64,000 nucleotides of DNA, from assembly GCA_964016885.1 (NCBI GenBank), contig OZ024744.1, positions 125,550,001-125,614,000 on the forward strand, read 5' to 3'. The notes below the pieces were generated by a model, which made no database searches, was not told where the DNA came from, and saw only the letters and a list, made by a program, of their open reading frames with translations. Shown in pieces: positions 1 through 11,533 of the stretch. The number at the start of each line of letters is the position of its first letter. Positions within the stretch are counted from its first letter, which is position 1. The stretch is from Eledone cirrhosa. Its lineage: Eukaryota. The position numbers and the translations under genes are program-made.

Positions 1-1211
1 CTTCTTTGTCACTTGCTTGAGATGGTTAGAAGATTTATTCCGCTTTTTTCTGTTGGCATCTGATCTATGCAGTTTATATTCCCGTTCAGCGTTCCGACGT
101 TCTTTCCTGGCAAGTCGGACTGCTGAAGTTTCCCAGATTGCACTTTTGGGGTGGTTATTTTTCCGCTTCCGTGGCACTGATGCTGCACACGCTATCCATA
201 TTGAGTCCAGGATGCTCTGGAGTATAGAGTTCACATCTCCAGAGTTATACATCTCATGCCAGTTTGGGCGCTGTAGCTCAGTGCAGTACAAGTTCCAATC
301 CGCCCTCTTCCAATCAAAGCAAGCAGATTGGAGATGGCTCTGGTTTTTGTTGCTGCCCTCAAGTGCCAGATTGGCAATGATCATAGCATGATCAGAGTCG
401 CCTAGAGGTTCCTCAGTAGTACAACTGATAACCACTTCAGGAGTAGTGGTGAAGATCAGGTCCAAAGTGTTGTCACCTCTTGTTGGAGAGGTGACTACTT
501 GTGACCAGTTTGAGTCCAGCACTAGTTCAAGGAAATCGTTTGCACCCTGTGGCCAACGAAAGGTTTCCCAATCGATCTCAGGATGATTGAAGTCACCTGC
601 AATAAACACATAAGTGGCTGTTTTCTTGGCAGCAACTCTGAGGATATCGCAAAGCTGTGTGTCCTGATGGTAGTTTGGGGGGCGATAAACAACACCAAGC
701 AGAAGTGTTGACATGGTCATACGTATGTCACAGAAAAAAACTTCTTCCTGTGATTCGTTCAAATCAACGCAAGGAATTACCGAAAAGTTTGAACGAACGT
801 AGACCATCACACCACCACCACGGCGGTTAATGCGGTCCTTGCGGAAAAGGTTGTACCCAGTAATGGTGAAAACCCCATCACAGAGTAAGGAATGTGCCCA
901 TGTTTCCGTGACTGTGATGAAGTCAGGGTCGATGCTTCTGACGTAGGATTCGAACAGATGTATCTTGTTGCATAAACTGCGAGCATTTAAGGACAACAAT
1001 TTGTACCCTGCTCGCAGTCTATGATGGTGTGTAGAGGGTGGCAGGTTGTTCTGGTTTAGTTTCCCAGAGTTGTAGCAGTTTTTACATTGCCAGTTATTGT
1101 GGGTAGATCACACTCAGACCAGCTGGTATCTCTCTTCCACGTTTCACCCGCCTTGACAAACCTCCAGATCTGCCCATCATCACGCAGACTGAAACTTTCA
1201 TCTTGTGCTGT
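1..1211 (-). mobile_element. CR1-clade LINE, 5' part (ORF1 C-terminus and APE endonuclease); continues off the window start
   Basis: Minus strand reads LLSLNARSLCNK...ITVTETW...RKDRINRRGGGV...GVVYRPP...IAGDFNHP...TRGDNTLDLIF...LGDSDH (APE motifs). By manual translation it is in frame at both sites that are frameshifted in copy 2. Confidence 0.92.
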
Positions 1212-1273
1212 ATATATATATATATACACACGTGTGTGTGTATTTATGTATATATATATATATACACACACAC

Positions 1274-1315
<42 letters not shown>

Positions 1316-1432
1316 GTGTGTGTGTGTATATATATTTATATATATATACACACACGTGTGTGTGTATATATATATATATATATACACGTGTGTGTGTATT
1401 TATATATATATATATATACACACACACGTGTG

Positions 1433-1463
<31 letters not shown>

Positions 1464-1483
1464 GTGTGTGTATATATATATAT
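1212..1483. repeat. Compound (TA)n/(CA)nCG(TG)n microsatellite
   Basis: Directly visible; copy at ~39583-39853. Confidence 0.95.
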
Positions 1484-1854
1484 CTGTCTCTCTCCCTGTC
1501 TCTCACTCTCCCTCTATCCCCCCTCTCTCTCTCTGTCTCTCTCTCCCCCCCCCCTCTCTCTCTCTAGTAGTAGAGAGAGACAAAGAGAGAGAGATATAAA
1601 CGTATAACCCTAACCAAACCCTAACCCAACCCTAACCCCAACCCTAACCCTAACCTAACCCTAACCCATCTCTCTCTCTCTCTCACCCCCTCTCTCTCTC
1701 TCTAGTAGTAGAGAGAGAGACAAAGAGAGAGAGAGATATAAACGTATAACCCTAACCCAACCCTAACCTCTCTCTCTCTTCTCTCTCTCTCTCTCCCCTC
1801 TCTCTCTCTATTCCCCCCTCTCTATTTCCCCCCCCCCCCTCTCTCTCTAGTAGT

Positions 1855-1885
<31 letters not shown>

Positions 1886-1968
1886 TATAAACGTATAACC
1901 CTAACCCAACCCTAACCCTAACCCAACCCCAACCCTAACCCATCTCTCTCTCTCTCTCTCTCTCTCTC
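1484..1968. repeat. Three composite units of (CT)n-TAGTAGTA-(GA)n-TATAAACGTAT-(AACCCT)n with interstitial telomeric repeats
   Basis: CTCTAGTAGTAGAGAGAGA...GATATAAACGTATAACCCTAAC occurs three times; CCCTAA tracts at ~1607-1666, 1748-1768 and 1897-1941. Confidence 0.85.
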
Positions 1969-2109
1969 TTTGTTTTTAACATTGTTTTGTTTTTCTTTTC
2001 TTTTCTTATTCAGATGACAAACGGCAGAGGATACAACAGAAGAAAAGAACAAAGATAATTATTATTATTATTACTATTATTATTTGTTTTATTATAATCA
2101 AAATATGCT

Positions 2110-2825
2110 GTTAGTTAGATCTGCATTGCGTACATTTTATATAATTTATGCCAGTTCCTTTTCTGCATATCGAACATGGCCATTTCCCTGACGGAATAGA
2201 GTTTTGTCCTCTTTCGTGACACAAAGTACAGCCAGCGGCATCATTGCGGACAGACTTAATCCCGAATTGCACTGACACACTGCCTCGCAATACGGAACAC
2301 CGCACGTCTTTGATCTTCTTCCCGTCGATCAGCCTCCTTGCCATGCTAAGTACACCTGACGTCTAGCTTCTCTCTTAGCGGCGGCTTTATATTCTTCTCT
2401 ACTCCCACTAATTTTCCAAGCATTCCATGCTAGCCTTTAGTCTCCAATGGCCCGATCTACCGTGTTGTCCCACCACCATGTCACTCTCTGTCTGGTTGGA
2501 ACTCTGATCCAGCCACAAGTTTAATCAGTAGCCTGCAATAAGTTGTCACATAAGAAAATCGAGTTCTCATGTATGTCATACGACTGTGAATCGTCTTCTT
2601 TTTCGTCATACACATATTGAAGGGCTTTCCTAAATTTCTATTTTAGTGAAATCTCTTTTAGCTTCCAGACCTTTCTTTTTTCCACATCTTCCTGTATGTC
2701 TCAATCATACCTGGAGCTGTCCAACATGACCATTGAAATCCCCTGCTAGCATAACGATGTCTCCGTCCTGTCATTGTGGCTGTTTGTAAAAATTGCTTGT
2801 AAATGAAGTCTTTCTTTTCTTTACC
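2110..2825 (-). mobile_element. Degenerate RTE-clade LINE fragments
   Basis: GKWPCSICRKGTGINYIKCTQCRS zinc-finger segment plus a TWWW-region match to 29400-29650; many stops. Copy at +38371. Confidence 0.75.
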
Positions 2826-3169
2826 TAGCAGAAGCAATTAACACTAACCCAACTGTAACACTAACCCTAACACTAACTTATGCAGGCCTAGGTAAAGACA
2901 AGAAAGATAAAACAAGGAGTGATGCTTCTTGAATTTTGTGATGCAAGTGTTTTAACCATTTGCAAAACCAACTTCCACAAACCTGCCTCACTGCCGCCTA
3001 ATAACCTACAAATCAGGCAAGCACAGAAGCCGGATTTCTCGGTAGTTAGGCAGCGAGACAGACAGATGGGGTGTGAAGTACCAGGGTGTGCCCCGGGGAG
3101 GAATGTTTCCCACAGCGTGGGTTGGTTGTTGGTGATGTCTCGGTTATCTTGAGACGGAGTGAGACGTGC

Positions 3170-3333
3170 AGGAATACTCTCACGGAATCGCCAAATGAGG
3201 TTTATTTTTCAACATAGTCCCTGGAATGAAACAATGTGGTTATTAAGAAGAATTGAAATTAATGTAAGATTTCACAGATCTATGATCAATCCTTCACAGT
3301 CAGCTTACAAAGTTTTCAGCCAAACCTTGTGTA
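3170..3333 (-). mobile_element. Mariner-like MITE, inverted relative to the 31353-31551 copy
   Basis: CCAAATGAGGTTTATTTTTCAACATAGTCCCTGGAA is the reverse complement of the internal sequence at ~31465-31500; ends TTTTCAGCCAAACCTTGT. Confidence 0.7.
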
Positions 3334-3540
3334 TTTCCAACATTTCAAACCCTATCTAGGACTACATTATCTAATGTACAGTACAGTAGTTAGTATTAGT
3401 GGCTATCAGACATAGTGTATCTAAATGCAACATTTTTAACATTGTTTTTTTTTTCTTTTCTTTTCTTTTCTTATTCAGATGACAGACGGCAGAGGATACA
3501 ATAGAAGAAAAGAACAATGATAATTATTATTATTATTATT

Positions 3541-3943
3541 GTTGTTATTCCTTGAATCTCAGTCATTGATGTTGGTTAACTGGAAAGTCCGTTGGAATGA
3601 ATATCAAGCCACTACCTGCAGCCTCAGATATTCAGGACGTATCGGAGGGTTCTTGCTGTTCCAAGCAAGCATGCCTTTTGAAGCGTTCCAAAAAGCGTGA
3701 AGGGGCCGATTTTCTTTAACCATCCCTGGAAACTTTTGGAGATGGACAAAAAACTGGAACACAATAGACCTGACCTGGTGGTTGTGGACAAAGAAAAAAG
3801 ATCGTGTCTGATTGTGGATGTGGCCTGCCCGTTCAACACGAGAGTGCAAGAGAAGGAGAGGGAGAAAATTAACCGATACCAGGACCTAAAGTGGGAGGTG
3901 AAAAGGATTTGGAACTTCCATGAAGTCAAAGTGATCCCGATTG

Positions 3944-3944
<1 letters not shown>
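3541..3944 (-). mobile_element. Dong/R4-clade (RLE) LINE 3' fragment with 5' inversion, inserted in (TAA)n
   Basis: Plus strand 3744-3944: DKKLEHNRPDLVVVDKEKRSCLIVDVACP...EKINRYQDL...VIPI (PD..D RLE). Minus strand 3743-3624: ISKSFQGWLKKIG...LQKACLLGTARTLRYVL*. (TTA)n on both flanks. Copy at 41912-42315. Confidence 0.85.
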
Positions 3945-3984
<40 letters not shown>

Positions 3985-4009
3985 TATTATTTGTTTTATT
4001 ATAATCAAA

Positions 4010-4545
4010 ATATGCTGTTAGTTAGATCTGCATTGTGTACATTTTATATAATTTATGCCAGTTCCTTTTCTACATATCGAACATGGCCATTTCCCTGACG
4101 GAATAGAGTTTTGTCCTCTTTTCTACTCATCAACACTCATTCGTGACACAAAGTACAGCCAGCGGCATCATTGCGGACAGACTTAATCCTGATTTGCACT
4201 GACACACTGCCTCGCAATACGGAACACCGCACGTCTTTGATCTTCTTCCCGTCGATCAGCCTCCTTGCCATGCAAAGTACACCTGACGTCTAGCTTCTCT
4301 CTTAGCGGCGGCGGCTGTATATTCTTCTCTACTCCCACTAATTTTCCAAGCATTCCATGCTAGTCTTTAGTCTCCAATGGCCCGATCTACAGTTTCTGTC
4401 TCAACTCGTCTATGCTTGGTCGTTCCCGCACATTGACATTGCACATCCAACGGAGCATGCTTGCTTCATTTCTCTCCAGCCGTCGCATGTCCTCTGCAGT
4501 TGCTGCCCGTGTCTCACTACCATGCAGCATCGCGCATCTAAACCT
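4010..4545 (-). mobile_element. RTE-clade LINE fragments (partly duplicating 2110-2460)
   Basis: Near-identical to 2100-2460, followed by AMLHGSET...RRLERNEASMLRWMCNV (RTE C-terminal region). Confidence 0.75.
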
Positions 4546-4547
4546 GG

Positions 4548-5420
4548 CCCTTACCCTAACCCCAACCTCTTTGGTTTTCGTTTTCTCGACGGCTAGCCGC
4601 ATTTCGTGATCCGCCTTTCGATTGCGCTTCCGTCGCGGCAAAAGAATTGCCTTTCCAGACCGCCGTCGCCCGACCGGACCCATGATAGAAGACGTTCGTT
4701 ACCGTTGGAGCAACGCAAATTACTCCTCGGTTGACGCCAAAAACGAACGCCTTCCCGCCTCGCGCCGCCTTCTCCTCGCCGACCCTCGGCCTCGACGATT
4801 AGCCACTTTCCGTCACAGCAGTAGATACGCGTCCGTCGTAATAGCCGTCATTTTAACGCAGGAGAAACGCCTAATTGCCCTGCACCGCGTTTGACGGCGA
4901 TCTACGACGGCGACGATGCGCGCACTCTTCCTTGCTGCGACGAAGGTTTCGGCTTTTCGTCGTGGACCCGGTCAGGTCATGCCGCTGACCTCGCGTTACG
5001 GCGACGCGAGAAGACGTTCGTTACCGCTGGAGCAACGCAAATTACTCCTCGGTTGACGCCAAAAACGAACGCCTCGCGCCACCGCTTCCTCCTCGGCCTC
5101 GACGATTAGCCGCTTTCCGTCACAGCAGTAGATACGCGTCCGTCGTAATAGCCGTCATTTTAACGCAGGAGAAACGCCTTGACGACGATATACGACGGGT
5201 CGACGACGCGCGCACTCTTTCTGCTGCGACGAAGGTTTTGGCTTTTCGTTGTGGACCCGGTCGGGTCATGCCTCTGACCTCGCGTTGCGTCGCCACCGCC
5301 GCGGCGGGCTTGGGTTTAGCCGTAGCTACCCTCGTTTTGCCAACGGCGACGCGAGAAGACGTTCGTTACCGCTGGAGCAACGCAAATTACTCCTCGGATG
5401 AGGCCAAAAACGAACGCTGA
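4548..5420 (+). repeat. Diverged paralogue of the 172-bp repeat/ETS-like segment
   Basis: Contains GAAGACGTTCGTTACCG(C/T)TGGAGCAACGCAAATTACTCCTCGG at ~4689, 5010 and 5355, plus ~330-bp units resembling 12230-12600; preceded by CCCTTACCCTAACCCCAACC. Copy at 42919-43791. Confidence 0.85.
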
Positions 5421-5496
5421 AGAGATATTGTCCATGGATATCGGGAATTTTACCCGCCCTAGATAGATAGATAGATAGGGATGTATGTATGTATGT

Positions 5497-5538
<42 letters not shown>

Positions 5539-5917
5539 GTATGTATCTTTCTCATTCTCTCTGTATGTATGTATGTATGTATATATATATAATTATATAT
5601 TTATAGACATCCTGAAAGCTTTTTAAATGTCTGAGAGATTGGCTAAATATGTTTTGCAGGTATGACCAGTAAGAGAGAGGTAAGTTATTTCAAAACAATT
5701 CTTTGACCATTATTTTAAGGTACTATCTCAGTGTATTTTTAAATTGACCTCTTGATAGGATGAAATGACCTGTATAATTTTTTTCATATTTAGATGGAAT
5801 AGAAGAAAAACAAGAAAAATGAAATGAATTCAAACAGAAAATATACACCAATGCCAATGGAGGTATGATTTCAGTTTAATCTTAACCTAATGACCACTTT
5901 ACAGAGTGTACTGGATA

Positions 5918-5998
<81 letters not shown>

Positions 5999-6289
5999 AG
6001 GAAGCTCCAACCGTTAAGGTTGTCTTTCCATTTATTAATATATTGTGTATTTACTCCACTAAACTGTTGAGTGCTTTATATCAGTTATAAAAAAATTTCA
6101 GCTTGTTGAATCCCAAAATAGTTGTTGAAACAGCCACAGCTCAGCCGTCGGGGTCCTGAATATTTATCATATATATATACGTATGAGTGTGTGTGTTTTG
6201 AGAATTAATAATTATATAAACAAGTTTGTAATGAACAATTTATTTCTTATCAAAACTGTATAAACATGATATTATTTACAGTAAGAATA

Positions 6290-6950
6290 ACAATAATAAT
6301 GATGGTTTCTAGTAAAGGTGGAAGGCCAGTAATTTGGGGGAGGGGAAAGTTGATTAAATCGAAGAGAGAAAGAAAGAAAAAACAGAACGGGAAGGAGAGG
6401 GGATGGCAAGAGGTCCGGTGTCGCAGGAGAGAGGGGAGGGTGGTTGAGCTTTGAGTCTAGGGCAAGAGGGCAGAAATGCTGCGCCCCACGGATAAGACGG
6501 CAAAAATATTCTCGCGGACGATGGCCAGAGATACCCAATGCAACAACCACCCAACCTCGCGGTGTTCCCTCCTCAGATGGGCTGCTGACTCTCCGATCTT
6601 TTGGAGGAGCTCGGCAGTACAAGGTCCAAGTACTCCTGGGGTCTCGACGTTGACTGGTGCAGAGAGGAAGTGGCCGGACAATCCTCGGTATTTGTTTATT
6701 TTACGTTCTTCTGCGAGGTGGGCTGCGATGCCGGGGTTTGTGACCGAAACGACTTGGAAACGAAGTTGTAGGCGGAGATTGTGTCGTAGCTGGTGGTGTC
6801 CCAGATGAGGGACCTACGTCCTTCGAATGGGAAGAGAGTGATTCCGTCGGGGCGCTTGCCATCTCCGGGACCTGTTGGCCCCAGTTGTGATGGGAAGCCA
6901 GCTGCGTCCAGGCTTCTTCTCAATATGTCGTTGACAACGACGTGTATCTA
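6290..6950 (-). mobile_element. CRE-like (RLE) non-LTR retrotransposon 3' fragment
   Basis: DGKRPDGITLFPF...LIWDTT.DT and ETPGVLGP...LLQKIG...VSLAIVREN match the CRE-type RLE C-terminus; frame interrupted. Copy at 44661-45321. Confidence 0.7.
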
Positions 6951-7249
6951 TTCAATAATTATTTGAATATTGAAATTTTAGGTTTAACTACCTTTTAAAC
7001 CAAATACATTAAGAAAGGCATGACCAACACCACATCATTTTTATTTCTATTTTGAAAGTAGGTTTATAAGTATTAAATTTCAGTAGATTCTTATATCCTT
7101 CATGGTGGTCTGGTGGGAGATACGAGAGATGGTGGAGGTTCTGGTCTGGGGTTCAATCCTGCTCAGGAGATACTCTAAGGGGGTTCATACTAAACTTCTT
7201 CAGTGTTTCTTATCTCTAGAGACAAATATATATACATAAGGTAATCTGG

Positions 7250-7380
7250 TAAAGTTGTTAGAACATCACATAGAATTCTTTGTAGTATTTTTTCCAGTTC
7301 TTCAATCTGAGTTCAACTTTACTTTTCTTCCATTCGGGGTTGATAATAACGTACCAGTCAAATACTAGGGGTTAATTCTT
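7250..7380 (+). mobile_element. Degenerate SINE (mollusc/Octopus-type, Nin-like core)
   Basis: TCTGAGTTCAA...CCATTCGGGGTTGATAATAACGTACCAGTCAAATACTAGGGG resembles 34135-34240. Confidence 0.55.
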
Positions 7381-7489
7381 CCTCTATATCTCTTTCTCAC
7401 TCTCTGTCTGTTTTATTAAGACCTGGAGAGGTGATGTACTCTACCAGGTTTTATAATGAGTGATGGGGTCATACCTGCCTGCTACACCT

Positions 7490-7812
7490 CTGTGTACTAA
7501 GTGTAGCATATTATATCCTTGTTCAGGGCCTTCCTGACATTACTGTGTACTAAGGGTAGCATTTTATATCCTTGTTCAGGGCCATCTTAACATTGCTGTG
7601 TACTAAGTGTAGCATATTATATCCTTGTTCGGGGCCTTCCTGACATTAGTGTGTACTGAGTGTAGATTTTAACATCCTTGTTCTGGGCCTTCCTAACATT
7701 ACTGTGTACTGAGTGTAGATTTTAACATCTTTGTTCAGAGCCTTCCTTACATTACTGTGTACTAAGTGTAGCATTTCATATACTTGTTCTGGGCCTTCCT
7801 AACGTTACTGTG
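7490..7812. repeat. 53-bp minisatellite, ~6 copies
   Basis: Unit CTGTGTACTAAGTGTAGCATATTATATCCTTGTTCAGGGCCTTCCTGACATTA. Copy at 45861-46183. Confidence 0.9.
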
Positions 7813-8590
7813 GAAATAGTAGTTTATATCCAATATGTAATATAGATATGGATTCTACAGGACTAAAACTCATTAATATGAGGGGTATTAGTAGATTATA
7901 TGCCATATTTAATAGAGAAATGGCTTCTACAAGACTAAAACTCATTAATATGAGGGGTATTACAGTTTATATGCCATATTTAATACAGAAATGGCTTCTA
8001 AAGGACTAGAACTCTTTAAATTGAATAAAATAGTAGTATATATCCTATGTTTAATACAGAAATGCCTTCTAAAGGACTCATTAATATGAGGGTATTAGTA
8101 GATTATATAACATATTTAATACAGAAATGGCTTTTAAATTCAGGGACTCGTTAATTTGATGGAAATAGTAGTGTCTATGCAATATTTAATACAGAAATAG
8201 CTTCTACAGGACTAAAACTAATTAATATGAGGGGTATTAGTAGTATATGTGCCATATTTAATACAGAGATGGCTTCTAAATGGAGGTATCTCATTAATTC
8301 GATTGAAATGGTAGTGTATATGCAATATTTAATACAGAAATAGCTTCTACAAGAATAAAACTCATTAATATGAAGGTTATTATTACATTATATGCCATAT
8401 TTAATACAGAAATCGGTTCTAAAGGACTAGAACTCTTTAATTCAAATCAAATAGTAGTATAAAGCAATATTTACTACAGAAATGGCTTCTACAAGACTAA
8501 AAATCCTTAATATGAGGGGTATTGTTAGATTATATACCATATTTAATACAGAAATGGCTTCTAAATGAAGAAATCTCTTTAATTCGATAG
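7813..8590. repeat. ~70-bp AT-rich minisatellite, ~11 diverged copies
   Basis: Recurrent ATATTTAATACAGAAATGGCTTCTA...CTCATTAATATGAGGGGTATT. Copy at 46184-46961. Confidence 0.9.
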
Positions 8591-9243
8591 TAATAGTAAT
8601 AATAATAATAGTAATAGTAATAATACAGCCAATTTTCCACGCAATACTTTTAGTTAGCACCCCGAACGCATAATTGGGAATATAATCACTTATTTCCTAA
8701 TGTTTGTTGAGTGAGTTGGGAAAAAAAACTTGGGAAATATATTTTCAGGGTCTCAAAATCTTAAAGAGAAAAAAAAGTCCTGTGGAAGGTAGCAAAACAA
8801 TTAGGAAGAAAATGGTTTGAAGTTGGTTGGTGAGTATAAGATTACAGTATCTTGTTGATTTCTATAAAGTTTACTTTTAACTGAATTGGTAAAAATGGAT
8901 AAATTAGAAGACACAATATAATAACTAATATTGTCTTCTAAAACAGGGAATAAAAATATGTTGGTGTATTGGGGGGGGGGGGGGTAAACATGTGAGTTAA
9001 TGGGAATGTTTTTGTTTGTTTTTATTGAAACATATTCAATCTACAGATAGGTTGTTATAGTTATTTAGTCTCGGGTCTGCCATTATCTGCAGATTTATAA
9101 TTGAGGGGTGTTCCAGGTGTGACCACCCTACATTATTCCTAGAGATTGTTACTCCTTCATTCTTCAGTCATCTTGGTCTTCTTATGAGATGGTGGTGTAG
9201 TCTTATTTATTGTTAAGGTTATGGTCTTCCTTTGTCCACACTC

Positions 9244-9281
<38 letters not shown>

Positions 9282-9379
9282 AAAGGCTTCCTTCTCTGGA
9301 AAAAGATGATTTAATATTCACAACCATCTGTCTAATTGTTTTCTGATGAGAATAAAGTTAATCTTGCTTGTATGTCTAC

Positions 9380-10310
9380 CTGATCAAATGACTGGCTGAT
9401 ATCTTGAAGTCATTTACACCACAGAACTGTAGGAGTCTTGATCCCTCAAGCCATACCTCTAGCCATCATGTACTCCAAAAGAGTCTCACCTTGGTGCTAC
9501 TCAACATGTCCATTAAATTTAGCAGCAAGGATGCCCTCTTCTTAGTGAGAGACAACTACAAGAGAGGTTCTTAGAGAAGAATAAGCCACTATAGTTAACT
9601 TTTGTTGACATAGAGAACCCCGATCTGTCATCTGGTGGTCCTTAAGGAAACTAGGTGTAGGGGAATGGCTTGTGAGGACAGTGCAAGCTATGTACAAGGG
9701 TGCTGTCAGTAAAGTGAGAGGAGGAATTCCAGAAACAAAGTAGGTGTACATCAGGGTTCGGTCCTCAGTCCGCTCTTGTTCATTATAGTCCTCCCTCCCT
9801 CCCTCCCTCCCTCCCTCCAAGCCATAACAGAGGAGGAGTAGTTTAAGACTGGATGCCCATGGGAACTTCTCTATGCTGACGATCTGGTTCTTATAGCAGA
9901 ATCAGTAGAGGAGCTAGCTAGAGAATAAATTCTGGCTATGGAAACAGCAGTAGTTGGAATCAAGAAGACTGAGAGTGAACCTAGCTAAGACAAAAGTGTT
10001 TATAAGTAGAAGAGAGGACAAAACTCTGATTCTGTCAGGGAAATGGCCATGTTCGATATGTAGGAAAGGAGTTGGCATAAATTCTATGAAATGTAGTACG
10101 CAATGCAGATCTTGGCTACACAAGAGATGTAGTGGGATAGCAGGAAAACTGACTGACAGGTAGGGAGAAATACGTATGCAGTAGATGTACAGGGAAATTT
10201 GACAGAGATTGCAGTGATAGACACATTTTTCAAATGCAGGTGGGATCTATAGAGGGAGTTGATAGCTTCTGATACCTAGGTGATCAGATTAGTAAGGGAG
10301 GAGGGTGATA
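9380..10310 (+). mobile_element. Degenerate RTE-clade LINE RT fragment
   Basis: GVHQGSVLSPLLFII, GCPWELLYADDLVL, LRVNLAKTKV, GKWPCSICRKGVGINS..C..CRSWLHKRCSGI; stops and frameshifts. Copy at 47751-48681. Confidence 0.85.
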
Positions 10311-10649
10311 TAAAATATATTGTTATCATGACTGTCTTTATTATTTAAATTACCTCTGTCTATTTACAGATTTTACAGAGTGTACTGGGTGCTTTTATGA
10401 TGGGAGCAGCAACTCTATACGATTTTACAGAGTGTACTTGGTGCTTTTATCATGGCACATGGCAGCAGCAGAAGCAGCAACTACGATTTTACAGAGTGTA
10501 CTTGGTGCTTTTTACTCTGACATCAGCACTGAGGAAGTTGTCATATTTTCAGCTAAATTAATGAGTAGAAAAACCAAGTTTCTGCTACAAAAAATTCTCA
10601 GATTCAAGGGAGACATTCAGTTTAAGTATGGTATACTGTCACTAAGGCA

Positions 10650-10805
10650 GCAAATTGGCAGAGTCGCTAGAATATCAGATAGCATTCTTTACATTATTTG
10701 TTTCAGCTCTCTGTTCTCTCAATTCAAATCCTGCTCAGGTCAACTTTGCCTTTCATCCATACAAAATAGATTAATAAAAGTACCAGTGTATTACTGGGGT
10801 CAATT
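10650..10805 (+). mobile_element. SINE (mollusc/Octopus-type)
   Basis: TTCAAATCCTGCTCAGGTCAACTTTGCCTTTCATCC...AAAAGTACCAGTGTATTACTGGGGTC, same family as 34135-34240. Confidence 0.7.
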
Positions 10806-10836
10806 CTTCTTCTAACTCTTCTGCACTTCCATTCTC

Positions 10837-10875
<39 letters not shown>

Positions 10876-11139
10876 GCTTCTTTAGAACACATCTGCTGTA
10901 TTCAGACCTGGAGCGGAGATGGGCTCCACCAAGTTTTAAAAATTGCCCTTTAAGCGCTGTATGTCAATATGGTGCCCCTATGATTCCCTCCCTCAGGAGT
11001 TATGGGACCATAGATACTGTCAATTGTAAAGAATAACAGAGATATTCAGTGCTAGTGTGGTGTTCTGTCAGTTGTGGAGATTGATGAATCTAAACAGAAA
11101 TATCAACAGCACTTTTCATTTCTGAGTAACACATTTGTT

Positions 11140-11300
11140 ACCAAGTGCTGCATGGCTGGAATGAAAATCAGTGCTGTGAAAACCAAGACATTCATCCTCT
11201 CAAGGAAGCTTGTGCAGTGCACTCTACATGTAAATGGAGTCCCACTGAAGCAGGTAGAAAAGTTCATGTATCTCGAAGCTGTGTTCACGAGTGATGACAG
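11140..11300 (+). mobile_element. RTE/RTE-X-like LINE fragment
   Basis: GMKISAVKTK...LHVNGVPLKQVEKFMYL.AVFTSD is typical of the post-RT region. Confidence 0.65.
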
Positions 11301-11345
11301 AGACGGCAAAGGCACAACACACAACAGAAGAAAAGAACAATGACA

Positions 11346-11378
<33 letters not shown>

Positions 11379-11441
11379 TGTTTTATTAGTTTTATTATAA
11401 TAAAAATTGTGCTGTTAGTTTGCTTGCTATACCATCATGTA

Positions 11442-11533
11442 CCCTAACCCTAAACCTAACCCCAACTCCAACTCTGACCCTAAACCTAACCCCAACCCCA
11501 ACCCCAACCCTAACCCTAACCCTAACCCTAACC
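11442..11533. repeat. Interstitial telomeric repeat (CCCTAA)n, degenerate distally and perfect proximally
   Basis: ...CCCCAACCCTAACCCTAACCCTAACCCTAACCC fused directly to the 172-bp array. Copy at 49894-49985. Confidence 0.9.

Noticed and set aside
1056-1607. YI/CV-rich ORFs (also 27287-28473, 35395-36549, 39428-39978, 61188-62374)
   Set aside because: Translations of microsatellites; only the last ~50 codons of 1056-1211 are plausibly real (CR1 ORF1 end).
5645-5870. Possible small spliced exons (TTTTGCAG|...|GTAAGT; TTTAG|...|GTATG)
   Set aside because: Splice-like signals alone are common; no coherent ORF or homology, so unsupported without RNA data.
10432-10815. 127-aa ORF as a host gene
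   Set aside because: Composed of tail-motif repeats and a SINE; non-ATG start.
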